Shown here: positions 8,519 to 16,723 of the stretch, piece after piece | How the letters are laid out: every line of letters starts with the position of its first letter | Numbering within the stretch: the first letter of the stretch is position 1 | From: an uncultured Clostridia bacterium | GTDB taxonomy: Bacteria; Bacillota; Clostridia; TANB77; CAG-508 | Direction: 5' to 3' | Assembly (NCBI GenBank): GCA_944390445.1 | Contig: CALXQB010000002.1 | Location: 1-39,849, forward strand | DNA length: 39,849 nucleotides | Notes under the pieces: generated by a model | What the model saw: only the letters and a program-made list of their open reading frames with translations | Told to the model about the DNA's origin: nothing | Database searches by the model: none | Made by a program: the position numbers and the translations under genes

Positions 8519-9358
8519 TCACTTTTTAGCTTTTATCTCCATTCCATTTAAATAAGATAAAATTCCGCTATCTTGTTGAAAACAAAACTTTAATTTATAT
8601 GCTTTTAATTCCTGTGTCTTTTTTCCAAATTTTCTATTCATTTCATAATCTCCATACTTTCCATCACCAATAATCGGATGACCAATATGTGCCAGATGAG
8701 CACGAATTTGATGTGTTCTACCTGTAATTAATTCCACTTCTAATAAAGAAGAATCTTTAAATTTTTCTAATATTCTATATTTCGTTGTAATTGGTAAATA
8801 TCCTTTTTTAGGAAAATCCGCAATATAAACGATACTCTTTTTTTGATCTTTGAATAAAAAAGCATGTAAAGTAGCAGATGTAGGTACAGGAATACCGACC
8901 ACTCTTGCTAAATAATATTTTTGAATTTCTCTGTTTTTAAATTTTTCTAATAATATTCTATGAGAATCTTCATTTTTGGCAAATAAAACAAGCCCTTCTG
9001 TATTTCGATCTAACCTGTGGCAAGGGATAATGATAGGATATTTTTCTTCTAACAAAGTAGTCAAACTATTTTTCCCAGTTACTTCAATACCACTATTCTT
9101 ATCTACTACTAAGACATTTTCATCTTCATAAACCGTCACAAAACAAGAAGGAAATAGAAGAGAATCAGGAATGTAACAAATGACTTCATCATTTTCAAAT
9201 AAAGTAATATCTTGGCTAGTCCTTTTTCCATTTACCACAAAATCCTTTTTTCGCAAAGCTTTAAAAAAAGAATTCCTAGAAAGATTAGGAAAAGTGTTAA
9301 ACATATATTCACTTAAAGATTTTTCATTATATTTTTTCTCAACAACTAAATTTTTCAT
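8519..9358 (-). CDS. RluA-family pseudouridine synthase with an N-terminal S4-like domain
   Basis: The catalytic motif is HRLDRNTEGLVLFAK and the C-terminal motif is GRTHQIRAHLAHIGHPIIGDGKYG. Confidence 0.9.
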   Translation of the reverse strand: MKNLVVEKKYNEKSLSEYMFNTFPNLSRNSFFKALRKKDFVVNGKRTSQDITLFENDEVICYIPDSLLFPSCFVTVYEDENVLVVDKNSGIEVTGKNSLTTLLEEKYPIIIPCHRLDRNTEGLVLFAKNEDSHRILLEKFKNREIQKYYLARVVGIPVPTSATLHAFLFKDQKKSIVYIADFPKKGYLPITTKYRILEKFKDSSLLEVELITGRTHQIRAHLAHIGHPIIGDGKYGDYEMNRKFGKKTQELKAYKLKFCFQQDSGILSYLNGMEIKAKK

Positions 9359-9408
9359 AAATCTATTATAGTCTAAATAAAAAGATTTGACAATATCTTA
9401 GAATTTAT

Positions 9409-9437
9409 TTGCATTTTTTCCTCATCTGTGTTATGAT
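9409..9437 (+). promoter_or_regulatory. Putative sigma-A promoter for secG
   Basis: TTGCAT (9409-9414), a 17-nt spacer, then TATGAT (9432-9437) preceded by TGt (extended -10). It lies about 38 nt upstream of the secG start. Confidence 0.45.
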
Positions 9438-9474
9438 ATATATCGTTATATTTATAAAACTTCGGGAGGCATAT

Positions 9475-9720
9475 ATGGATATTGTAAGAATCATATTAAT
9501 TGTGGTATTTATAATTGTTTCATTAATTTTAATTGTATTAACAATGATGCAATCTAAAGATGATGCAGGAGCATCAAGTACAATTACAGGTGGAGCAGGT
9601 AATTTTTATGAAAAAAATAAAGGCAAAACAAAAGAAGGCAGACTAAAAAAATGGACAATCATACTAGGAATTGTTTTTGTACTATTATGTATTGCTCTTG
9701 GTATTGTATATGGAATATAG
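9475..9720 (+). CDS. secG: Preprotein translocase subunit SecG
   Basis: The product is 81 aa with two TM helices flanking the Gly-rich loop MQSKDDAGASSTITGGAGNFY. RBS gggagg is at 9464-9469. The start is placed at the internal ATG at 9475, not the TTG at 9409. Confidence 0.85.
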   Translation: MDIVRIILIVVFIIVSLILIVLTMMQSKDDAGASSTITGGAGNFYEKNKGKTKEGRLKKWTIILGIVFVLLCIALGIVYGI

Positions 9721-9823
9721 AGATAATGACTGAATAGTGAAGAATGAATCATTCATATAATCAAGAAAAAGAATGAGGAGAAAAATAAAAAAATGAATAG
9801 AAGTGAAAAGCCTTGGGAGAGTA

Positions 9824-9848
9824 ACACACACACACACACACACACACA
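9824..9848. repeat. (AC)12 dinucleotide microsatellite
   Basis: There is an uninterrupted acacac... run from 9824 to 9848, in an otherwise AT-rich intergenic region. Confidence 0.95.
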
Positions 9849-9936
9849 ATATAATTTAATAAAAAGAAAAGCAATCGGAATTATCCATTTCGAGTATTAT
9901 TATCATGCTCGAGACGGGTAGTTTTTTTGTGCAATT

Positions 9937-9979
9937 AATGAATAATGAAAAATGAATAGTGAAAAATGAATAATGTAAA
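9937..9979 (+). repeat. Three tandem 14-15-nt repeats (AATGAATARTGWAA)
   Basis: The units are aatgaataatgaaa, aatgaatagtgaaa and aatgaataatgtaaa, head to tail. Dispersed related copies lie at about 9731-9750 and 9793-9808. Confidence 0.8.
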
Positions 9980-10052
9980 TTGTATAATAAAACTAGTCAA
10001 ATTTGCTCAATTTTACTTGAGAATTTTTGACTAGTTTTATTATACAATTTAC
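9975..10052 (+). repeat. Long AT-rich palindromic element, copy 2
   Basis: This is a perfect 27-bp inverted repeat, gtaaattgtataataaaactagtcaaa (9975-10001) with its complement at 10026-10052. The 24-nt centre contains ctcaattttacttgaga, shared in inverted form with 81-150. Confidence 0.85.
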
Positions 10053-10072
10053 AATATTTGAATAAATGATTT

Positions 10073-10141
10073 GAGCTTTTGTTTCAACAAAAATGGAAGA
10101 TAAATTTTTGAAATTCCTTATTTTTGTTAAGACAAAAGCTC
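10073..10141. repeat. Long hairpin related to the 32431-32504 hairpin module
   Basis: The arm gagcttttgt (10073-10082) pairs with acaaaagctc (10132-10141), and the stem extends imperfectly to about 21 bp. The right arm, ttaagacaaaagctc followed by tgtctg, matches ttaagacaaaagctcc...ctctgtct at 32477-32504. Confidence 0.7.
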
Positions 10142-10152
10142 TGTCTGTTTAT

Positions 10153-10317
10153 TTAAGTTATCATCCAAAATAAACTTGGGCAAATAAGAGCAATGATTGC
10201 TAGAATAAAAATGATAATGGCACCGCTCTTGTTGTTATTTTGTTTTAATTCGTATTTTGCATAACTTACAGTACGAATAAAGACAAAAAGTGATAAAATC
10301 AATATTAAAATAAGCAT
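10153..10317 (-). CDS. Unannotated 54-aa two-TM membrane protein immediately downstream of gerC (possible germinant-receptor D-type subunit)
   Basis: The manual translation is MLILILILSLFVFIRTVSYAKYELKQNNNKSGAIIIFILAIIALICPSLFWMIT. RBS aaggag (complement of 10324-10329) lies about 6 nt upstream of the ATG at 10317. The ORF starts 13 nt after the gerC stop and is below the 60-aa cutoff of the ORF track. Confidence 0.45.
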   Translation of the reverse strand: MLILILILSLFVFIRTVSYAKYELKQNNNKSGAIIIFILAIIALICPSLFWMIT

Positions 10318-10330
10318 AATTAACTCCTTA

Positions 10331-11557
10331 TTAAGTTCTTAATAAAATCAAACCAGATTCTAAAGTAGTATCTACATGGCATTCAAAAAAAGAATTTTGA
10401 TAATTTCTTAGCCAGTTTACCTTATTAATATCATCAATAAACAAATAATCTTTTCTAATATTTTCACCAAATCCAACAATATCTGAATTGAAACTTTTTG
10501 CAGTTTTGTATAAAAAAGCCGAAATTTGTTCTTGAAAATAATGGTTAATAAATTGTTCCAAAGAATAAAAACTATCTGAAGTTGAAAAATCAGAATCAAT
10601 ATCAGCGGAAAGAATATTAACTCTTAAACTTATATTTGTTGAAATAAAAGGAGAACCATTCACTATATCTACTTCATTTTTGGTTTTCCTGTCTTGGCTA
10701 ATATATAATGTAACTTGGGAATTTTCTTTGAGTGGATTTACAATGGAAATAGTGGCATGATGAAATTTATTGCTACATAAAAGATAACATACTGTTTCAA
10801 TACCATTTAATTCTCCTACCAATTTGTCATCATAAAATACGGCGGTTCCCATATTTTCAACTTCCAGTTTAGCGGTAATTGGTGTCTCACCAGCCTCGTA
10901 GGAACTATCTAAATCAATATCAGGAGTATTAGAAGGTGTAGAATGTGTCGCATCAAAATTAACACCTACTAATGTTGCAGTTGCTTGTACAAAGCTTCCT
11001 TTATAATCTGAAAAAAAGTCAAACAAATTTAAATCTTCTGCATAACCTGTATTGCGGTTTGTTGTGCGAATGGCATCATAGTACCTTGCAGTATGAGTTT
11101 CAAGAACGGGTTTTGATTTATTTAAGAATTCTTCAGCTGTTGTTCTACTAACTAAAACATTACAAGTTGGCCTAATATCTACATTGTTTAAAATAGAGTA
11201 AAGATGTTCAGAGATTCCTTCATATGCTAAAGTTTCAGAGAAAACAATAACCTTGCAGTGGGAAAGATTTATAACCTTGGTAATATAGCTGTTAACTAAG
11301 TTAATTCCAGAGTCAAATGATGAACATTCCACGCTTATTATAGTAGAATCAGAGGATTGGGAAGTCGATTCATCACTAGAAGAATTACTAGGAAGAGCAA
11401 ATTGTAAGGTGAGTTTTAATGCATTTGATGTTCCTTTGTCAAATCCTATTGCAATAACATAGGAAAAAGAATCTAGCCCTCTAATTTCTGCACAACCAGA
11501 AAGAGAAAAGGTACAAAATACAATAAAAATAATAAATATCGCTAATTTTCTTTTCAT
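10331..11557 (-). CDS. Germinant receptor C subunit (Ger(x)C lipoprotein)
   Basis: A lipoprotein signal with lipobox LSGC is followed by sequence typical of the GerAC family. Its ATG overlaps the upstream gerB-type stop (ATGA overlap), and RBS caggagg is present. Confidence 0.85.
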   Translation of the reverse strand: MKRKLAIFIIFIVFCTFSLSGCAEIRGLDSFSYVIAIGFDKGTSNALKLTLQFALPSNSSSDESTSQSSDSTIISVECSSFDSGINLVNSYITKVINLSHCKVIVFSETLAYEGISEHLYSILNNVDIRPTCNVLVSRTTAEEFLNKSKPVLETHTARYYDAIRTTNRNTGYAEDLNLFDFFSDYKGSFVQATATLVGVNFDATHSTPSNTPDIDLDSSYEAGETPITAKLEVENMGTAVFYDDKLVGELNGIETVCYLLCSNKFHHATISIVNPLKENSQVTLYISQDRKTKNEVDIVNGSPFISTNISLRVNILSADIDSDFSTSDSFYSLEQFINHYFQEQISAFLYKTAKSFNSDIVGFGENIRKDYLFIDDINKVNWLRNYQNSFFECHVDTTLESGLILLRT

Positions 11558-12730
11558 GTAGAACCTCCTGTATTTTTCTTACTTTTATCATTTTTTAGTT
11601 TTTTCATATAAGCAAGAAATAAAATAATACCACTAAATAAAAACACTAAAAAAATAGTTGTGTACTTAAAAATTTCCCTTTGAAAAAATTTAATTTGCGT
11701 TATATTTCTTATTAATAGAGTAATGGAGTAAAAAATAGCACAAAAGCAATAAGACATAGCACTCCTATTTTTTATATTGGTTAATTTTTGAAAAATACGT
11801 AAAATAAGATAAAGGGTAATAGACAAATAAGCAAGCAAAGATAGAAACCAGAAAAAGACAATTATGGCTTCAGCACTTTGTAAAAAGGTCCCATATTCTG
11901 CTAACCTTGTAATTAAAAATATTGATAATAATTCATCAGAAGATAAAATAAAAGGAAAGGATAGCAAAAGGGTAATTACACTAATGAATAGACATATGCT
12001 AGATAGAATAGTGGAAATGACAGCTATTTTTTTAAAGTCTTCTGTTTTCTCTAATAAAGGCATTAAAAAATAAAGATGCGAGAAGCCAGCAAAAGCAACG
12101 AGTGTACTTAATCCAGAGAAAAAAGTTTCTGTAATTCCATTACCGAAAAATTGGGAATATTCGCTCTGGAACAAAATTATCTGATAAAACAAAATAATTA
12201 ATGCAAAGAGAGACTAATACTAAAATAGTAACCAGTAAACAGGTTTTAAAAATAGCCTTGGTTTTAAAAGAATTTGCAAAAATAGCTCCAATTAGAAATA
12301 ATAGAATAATAAAGAAAATATCTATATTTTGAAAATAGATTAGTTTAAAACTTTCAGAGAAATATTTAATTGTCATTATAAATAAAAAGGAAAAGAAAAT
12401 AAGAAAGGCAATTCCTGTGAAAATTTTTAAAAACTTTCCTCCCAAAAATGCTGAAATATCAACAATGTCATGATTAGGAAACTTTTGAAAAACTTTGCAA
12501 ATAAATAAAACAAATAAAAAAGCTAGTATACTCACATAAATGACATTGATCCAAGCAGAAGTGCCACAAATTGATAAAGAAATTTTGGGAAGATTAACTA
12601 ATATTAAATTGATAATAATAATTAAAACAAAAGCAATTCCTTCATATTTATTAATTTTTGTTGTATTCATACTTATTATCATTCCTTTCTTTAGGCACAA
12701 ACCAGGTTGGAAAAGAATCTTATTTTCCAC
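11554..12730 (-). pseudogene. Germinant receptor B subunit (GerAB-type spore germination permease), interrupted by a frameshift
   Basis: Two overlapping ORFs (12140-12730 and 11554-12192) together make one multi-TM protein of about 370 aa. The frames rejoin as ...ERIFPIF/GNGITETFF if one base is removed from the A5 run at 12146-12150 (T5 on the coding strand). The likely true start is the ATG at 12670 (MNTTKINKYEG). Confidence 0.8.
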
Positions 12731-12734
12731 CTTA

Positions 12735-14423
12735 TTATTTTCTTGTGTCCTTCCACGTCATACTAATATGAGCTTGTGCATTTGGCCTTTTGGTATTGAG
12801 TTCTGTTTCTCTTTTTTCTCTTCTCCACATCGGAGATAAAAAATAAGACTTTGTTCTTGTACTTCCGCCAAAGGGAAGGTGAAGAGATAAATAAGGGACA
12901 CCAAAGGATTGATTCCCTAAAAGTAATAAAAATTGGACAAATAATACAAAAGCAATACCCAAAAAACCACCTAAATATCCTGCAATAATGTAAATGAAAC
13001 GATAAATGCGAACCCAAAAACCGAGGAAGAAATCAGGAACTGTAAAAGAGCATATTCCTGTAATAGAAATAATGATAATTAAAATTGGGCTTACAATACT
13101 TGCACTAACAGCTGCTTGACCAAGAATTAAAGCTCCCACAATGCCAATAGTAGGCCCAAGAGGGGAAGGAACTCTAACACCTGCTTCTCTTATTAATTCA
13201 AAAGAAACTTCCATAATAAGAATTTCTAAGATGACTGGAAAGGGAACAGAAGCTCTAGAGGATACGATAGCAAATAAGAGCTCTGTGGGAATTAGTTCTT
13301 GATGATAATTGCTAATTGCAATATAAAGTCCGGGCAAAAGTAAAGCTAGGAATAGGGCGATCCCTCTAACGATTTTTAATAAATTGGCATATTGATAACG
13401 AATATTAGTATCTTCCTGTGAACTTAAAAAGTCCATAAAAGTAGCTGGCATTACTAAAGCATATGGACTACCATTTACAATAACGACTACTCTTCCTGCT
13501 AAAATATAACGTGAAGCTCTATCTGGTCTTTCTGTTGATAGAATTTGAGGAAAAATAACTTTATCATTATCTTGGATCAGTTGCTCTAATTGACCAGAAG
13601 ATGTTAAAGAATCAATTTTTAAATTTTGAATTCTGTATTTTACTTCTGCTACTAAATTGTCATTTGCAATTTCTTTCATATAACAAATAGCAACAGGAGT
13701 TTTGGTTACTTCTCCAACAGAGACTCCTTCTATAATTAAATCTTCATTATTTACGAATCTCCTGATAAGAGAGGTATTTGTTCTAATGACTTCTACAAAA
13801 GCTTCTTGTGAACCACGAATAATGATCTCATTATTTGGTTCTGGAATACTTCTTGCTTTAAATCCTTTTACTTCTAAACTAAATGCAATTGGTAAAGTAT
13901 CAATAAATAAAGCACAATTTCCCATATTAATATCTGAAATAATTTTTTCAAATTCAGAAACTTTTTTAATTGTATTTTGAGGAACTAAAGAATTAAAAAT
14001 ATACTCTTCTAAATTAAATTTTTTAACTCTCCTAACACTAATATTATTGGCAACAGCTGAGGTAACTCTTACCTTTTTATCTGGCGTATGAGTATTTGCT
14101 CTATTTCTAAGCATTAGTGGTTTTAAAATAAAATCGTTGATTAACTTGGTGTCTACCATGCCATCAATATAAAATAAAAAAGCTTTATATTCTTTATTTT
14201 GTGCAAGCAGAGTAAACTCCCTAATAGAAATATCACTATTAATGAGAGAATTAAACTTTGCTTTCATATATTCTAAGTTTACATCTAAAGATGGATAAAT
14301 ATTTTTTTCTTGTGGCAGATGAGAAGTAGGAATATTATTATTGTTTTTTGGAATATTAAATTGATAATCTTCTTTTTCTTGATAAAGAAAAAGGTTTTGA
14401 AAAAAATTAGATAATTTACTCAT
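12735..14423 (-). CDS. Germinant receptor A subunit (GerAA family)
   Basis: The layout is that of the GerA family: a soluble N-domain (FLFYIDGMVD, IIRGSQEAFVE) and then 4-5 TM helices (PLGPTIGIVGALILGQAAV). The start is placed at the ATG at 14423 (MSKLSNFF). Confidence 0.9.
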   Translation of the reverse strand: MSKLSNFFQNLFLYQEKEDYQFNIPKNNNNIPTSHLPQEKNIYPSLDVNLEYMKAKFNSLINSDISIREFTLLAQNKEYKAFLFYIDGMVDTKLINDFILKPLMLRNRANTHTPDKKVRVTSAVANNISVRRVKKFNLEEYIFNSLVPQNTIKKVSEFEKIISDINMGNCALFIDTLPIAFSLEVKGFKARSIPEPNNEIIIRGSQEAFVEVIRTNTSLIRRFVNNEDLIIEGVSVGEVTKTPVAICYMKEIANDNLVAEVKYRIQNLKIDSLTSSGQLEQLIQDNDKVIFPQILSTERPDRASRYILAGRVVVIVNGSPYALVMPATFMDFLSSQEDTNIRYQYANLLKIVRGIALFLALLLPGLYIAISNYHQELIPTELLFAIVSSRASVPFPVILEILIMEVSFELIREAGVRVPSPLGPTIGIVGALILGQAAVSASIVSPILIIIISITGICSFTVPDFFLGFWVRIYRFIYIIAGYLGGFLGIAFVLFVQFLLLLGNQSFGVPYLSLHLPFGGSTRTKSYFLSPMWRREKRETELNTKRPNAQAHISMTWKDTRK

Positions 14424-14542
14424 TTCATTCACCGATTTCAAATAGATAACTTCTAGTATAGTATTTACCAAAATAGTAAAAAACTATGTACAAAATAAGC
14501 AAAAAGTGATAAAATGTTGACATAAAAATGAGGAGGTGCAAT

Positions 14543-15424
14543 ATGATTGACTTACATATTCATACTACCTATTCTGATGGAGCAGATAATCTAATAGAAG
14601 TTTTAAAAAAAGCAGAGGCTTTAAAATTAGAAGTAATTTCGATCACAGACCATGATAATTGTAAAGCATATAGAGAACTAAACAAAATAAATGTAAAACA
14701 ATATTATTCAGGGAAAATAATACCAGGAATTGAAATCAAATGTAGTTATCAAGGAAGACTTATTGAAGTATTAGGATATAAAATTAATACAGATAAGATG
14801 CAAAGCTGGGCAGATGAATATTATAAAGATAAAACCAAAGAAATGTTACAACAAAAATATTTTGATTTAACTTATGAAAATTGTGTAAATAATGGTCTTA
14901 TATTACCACCAAAACAAGAAATTGCATTTGATGCGAAAAAGGATTGGGCAAGTTTAACCATATATAAAGAGTTGGTAAAAAATGAAATAAATAAAACGAA
15001 AGCAGAACCAGATTTATTAGATGATTTTAATACTTTTTCTAAGAAATATTGTGGAAATAAAAATCACTTTTTATACATTGACAAAACAAAAGATTATCCA
15101 GATTTACAAATGGTAATAGACAAAATAAGAGAATCTAATGGATTGGTATTTATGCCACATTTGTTTATTTATCGATGGACAGAGAATAAAAAAGATTTTA
15201 TTGACAAGTTATTAAAAGACTATAAAGTAGATGGAATTGAATGTATGCACAGCGAATTTAGTGAAGAGGAAATTTCATATTTGTTAGAATTATGTGACAA
15301 AAGAGGATATTATAAAAGTGGTGGAAGTGACTACCATGGTGTTAATAAACCCGGAGTTGAGCTTGCCATCGGTAAAGGAAATTTAAATATTCCAAGAGAA
15401 ATGATAAAAAATTGGGAGGATTAA
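14543..15424 (+). CDS. PHP-domain metal-dependent phosphoesterase
   Basis: The motif IDLHIHTTYSDGA is at the N-terminus, ITDHD is internal and GGSDYHG is near the C-terminus. RBS aggaggtg lies upstream of the ATG at 14543. Confidence 0.85.
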   Translation: MIDLHIHTTYSDGADNLIEVLKKAEALKLEVISITDHDNCKAYRELNKINVKQYYSGKIIPGIEIKCSYQGRLIEVLGYKINTDKMQSWADEYYKDKTKEMLQQKYFDLTYENCVNNGLILPPKQEIAFDAKKDWASLTIYKELVKNEINKTKAEPDLLDDFNTFSKKYCGNKNHFLYIDKTKDYPDLQMVIDKIRESNGLVFMPHLFIYRWTENKKDFIDKLLKDYKVDGIECMHSEFSEEEISYLLELCDKRGYYKSGGSDYHGVNKPGVELAIGKGNLNIPREMIKNWED

Positions 15425-15427
15425 CAA

Positions 15428-15631
15428 ATGATTCATGAGAGTGAGATGGAATTAGCCTTAGAAATTTTAAAACAAAGAAGAATAAATAGTATAAAGAAAA
15501 TGAATAAAGGAAAATTTCAAAAATTACAAGAAGAAATAAAGGAAATAAATCAAAAAGAAGTTGAAGTACAAAAATTAAATGAAAATACGATAAAAAAGAT
15601 AATAGAAGACTGGATGAATACGAACGTATGA
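15428..15631 (+). CDS. 67-aa Lys/Glu-rich helical protein (candidate antitoxin or partner of the downstream zeta-like kinase)
   Basis: RBS gggagga is 8 nt upstream. The ORF starts 3 nt after the PHP stop and ends 22 nt before the zeta homologue. I recognise no family. Confidence 0.5.
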   Translation: MIHESEMELALEILKQRRINSIKKMNKGKFQKLQEEIKEINQKEVEVQKLNENTIKKIIEDWMNTNV

Positions 15632-15653
15632 CTTAGAAAGGAATGGAATTAAT

Positions 15654-16574
15654 ATGGAAAAAGCATATGACTTTTCAGAAATAGAATATTATAAAGCAGA
15701 GCAACAAACAATTATAGCAATAGTAAGTGGTAAAAAAGTTTCGTTAAATCCAACTGGCATTGTTGCAATTGGGCAGCCAGGAGCAGGGAAGACTGGATTA
15801 ACGAGATATTTAACAATCAATTTTATGCAAGAAATGAATGAAGACATTGTTCATATTGATCCAGATTTAGTAGGACAATTTCACCCTAGATATAAGGGGA
15901 TTATGGAATCAAAAGGATTAGACTCCTTTTCATATTTGGCGAAATTTTCATCTAGAGCATTAAAAACAATTAACACTTATTGTTTAGAAAGAAAATTCAA
16001 TTTAATGACAGAGGGGACTTTTAGAGATACAAGTGGATATATGAGAGTTTTTAAAGAAATGAAAGAAAATGGTTATAAAATTGACTTGAATTTATTGGCA
16101 GTACATAAAATTGAAAGTTTAATCTCTTCTATGGAAAGATATTTTTATATGCTAGAACATAGAATACCAGTTAGAATTGTATCTATAAAACCACACAATG
16201 AAGCTTATGAAAACATGTTGAAGACTCTAAAACAGGTTGAGGACGAAAAATTGGCTACGAGAATTCGTGTGTTTAATAGAGGAAAAGATGAACTTATTCC
16301 CGATTTGGTTTATTCTTCTGATATGCCAAATGAAAGGTATCAAACACCTTTAGAAGCCTTAAATGGTGAGAGAAAAAGGGATAGAGATAGATTGATTGCA
16401 AGTGAACAGAAAGTGAAAAATAGATTAGAATATCTAAAACGTGAAGCATCTCTACATGGAAGTGGTGAAGAAATCTTTAAGCAAATTTTAGAGATTGAAA
16501 ATATGTACCAAGAAGAAATTTCAAAACAAAAAGGCTATGAACAAGCTAAAGATGACGGAACAATAACATTGTGA
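15654..16574 (+). CDS. Zeta-toxin family kinase (UDP-GlcNAc kinase-like P-loop protein)
   Basis: It aligns motif by motif with pSM19035 zeta as remembered: SGKKVSLNPTGIVAIGQPGAGKTGL (Walker A), VHIDPDLVGQFHPRY, NLMTEGTFRDT, LAVHKIESLISSMERY and IRVFNRGK. Confidence 0.85.
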   Translation: MEKAYDFSEIEYYKAEQQTIIAIVSGKKVSLNPTGIVAIGQPGAGKTGLTRYLTINFMQEMNEDIVHIDPDLVGQFHPRYKGIMESKGLDSFSYLAKFSSRALKTINTYCLERKFNLMTEGTFRDTSGYMRVFKEMKENGYKIDLNLLAVHKIESLISSMERYFYMLEHRIPVRIVSIKPHNEAYENMLKTLKQVEDEKLATRIRVFNRGKDELIPDLVYSSDMPNERYQTPLEALNGERKRDRDRLIASEQKVKNRLEYLKREASLHGSGEEIFKQILEIENMYQEEISKQKGYEQAKDDGTITL

Positions 16575-16723
16575 CACAAATAAAGAATTTGAAGAAAAGT
16601 CAAAACAAAAGAAATAACAGAATCATAATCGTAAAATAAAAAACTTGTAATAAAAAAGAATTACCTTAATATACATGTATTAAAGTTTAATAGACAAACA
16701 TTTTATAGGAGGTAATTTTTTTT

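Noticed and set aside
16640-16723. A sigma-E-type promoter upstream of spoIVA (atatacatgt resembling the CATACAnT -10).
   Set aside because: The match to the remembered consensus is partial, and the -35 is unconvincing in such AT-rich sequence. It is not reliable without transcript mapping.
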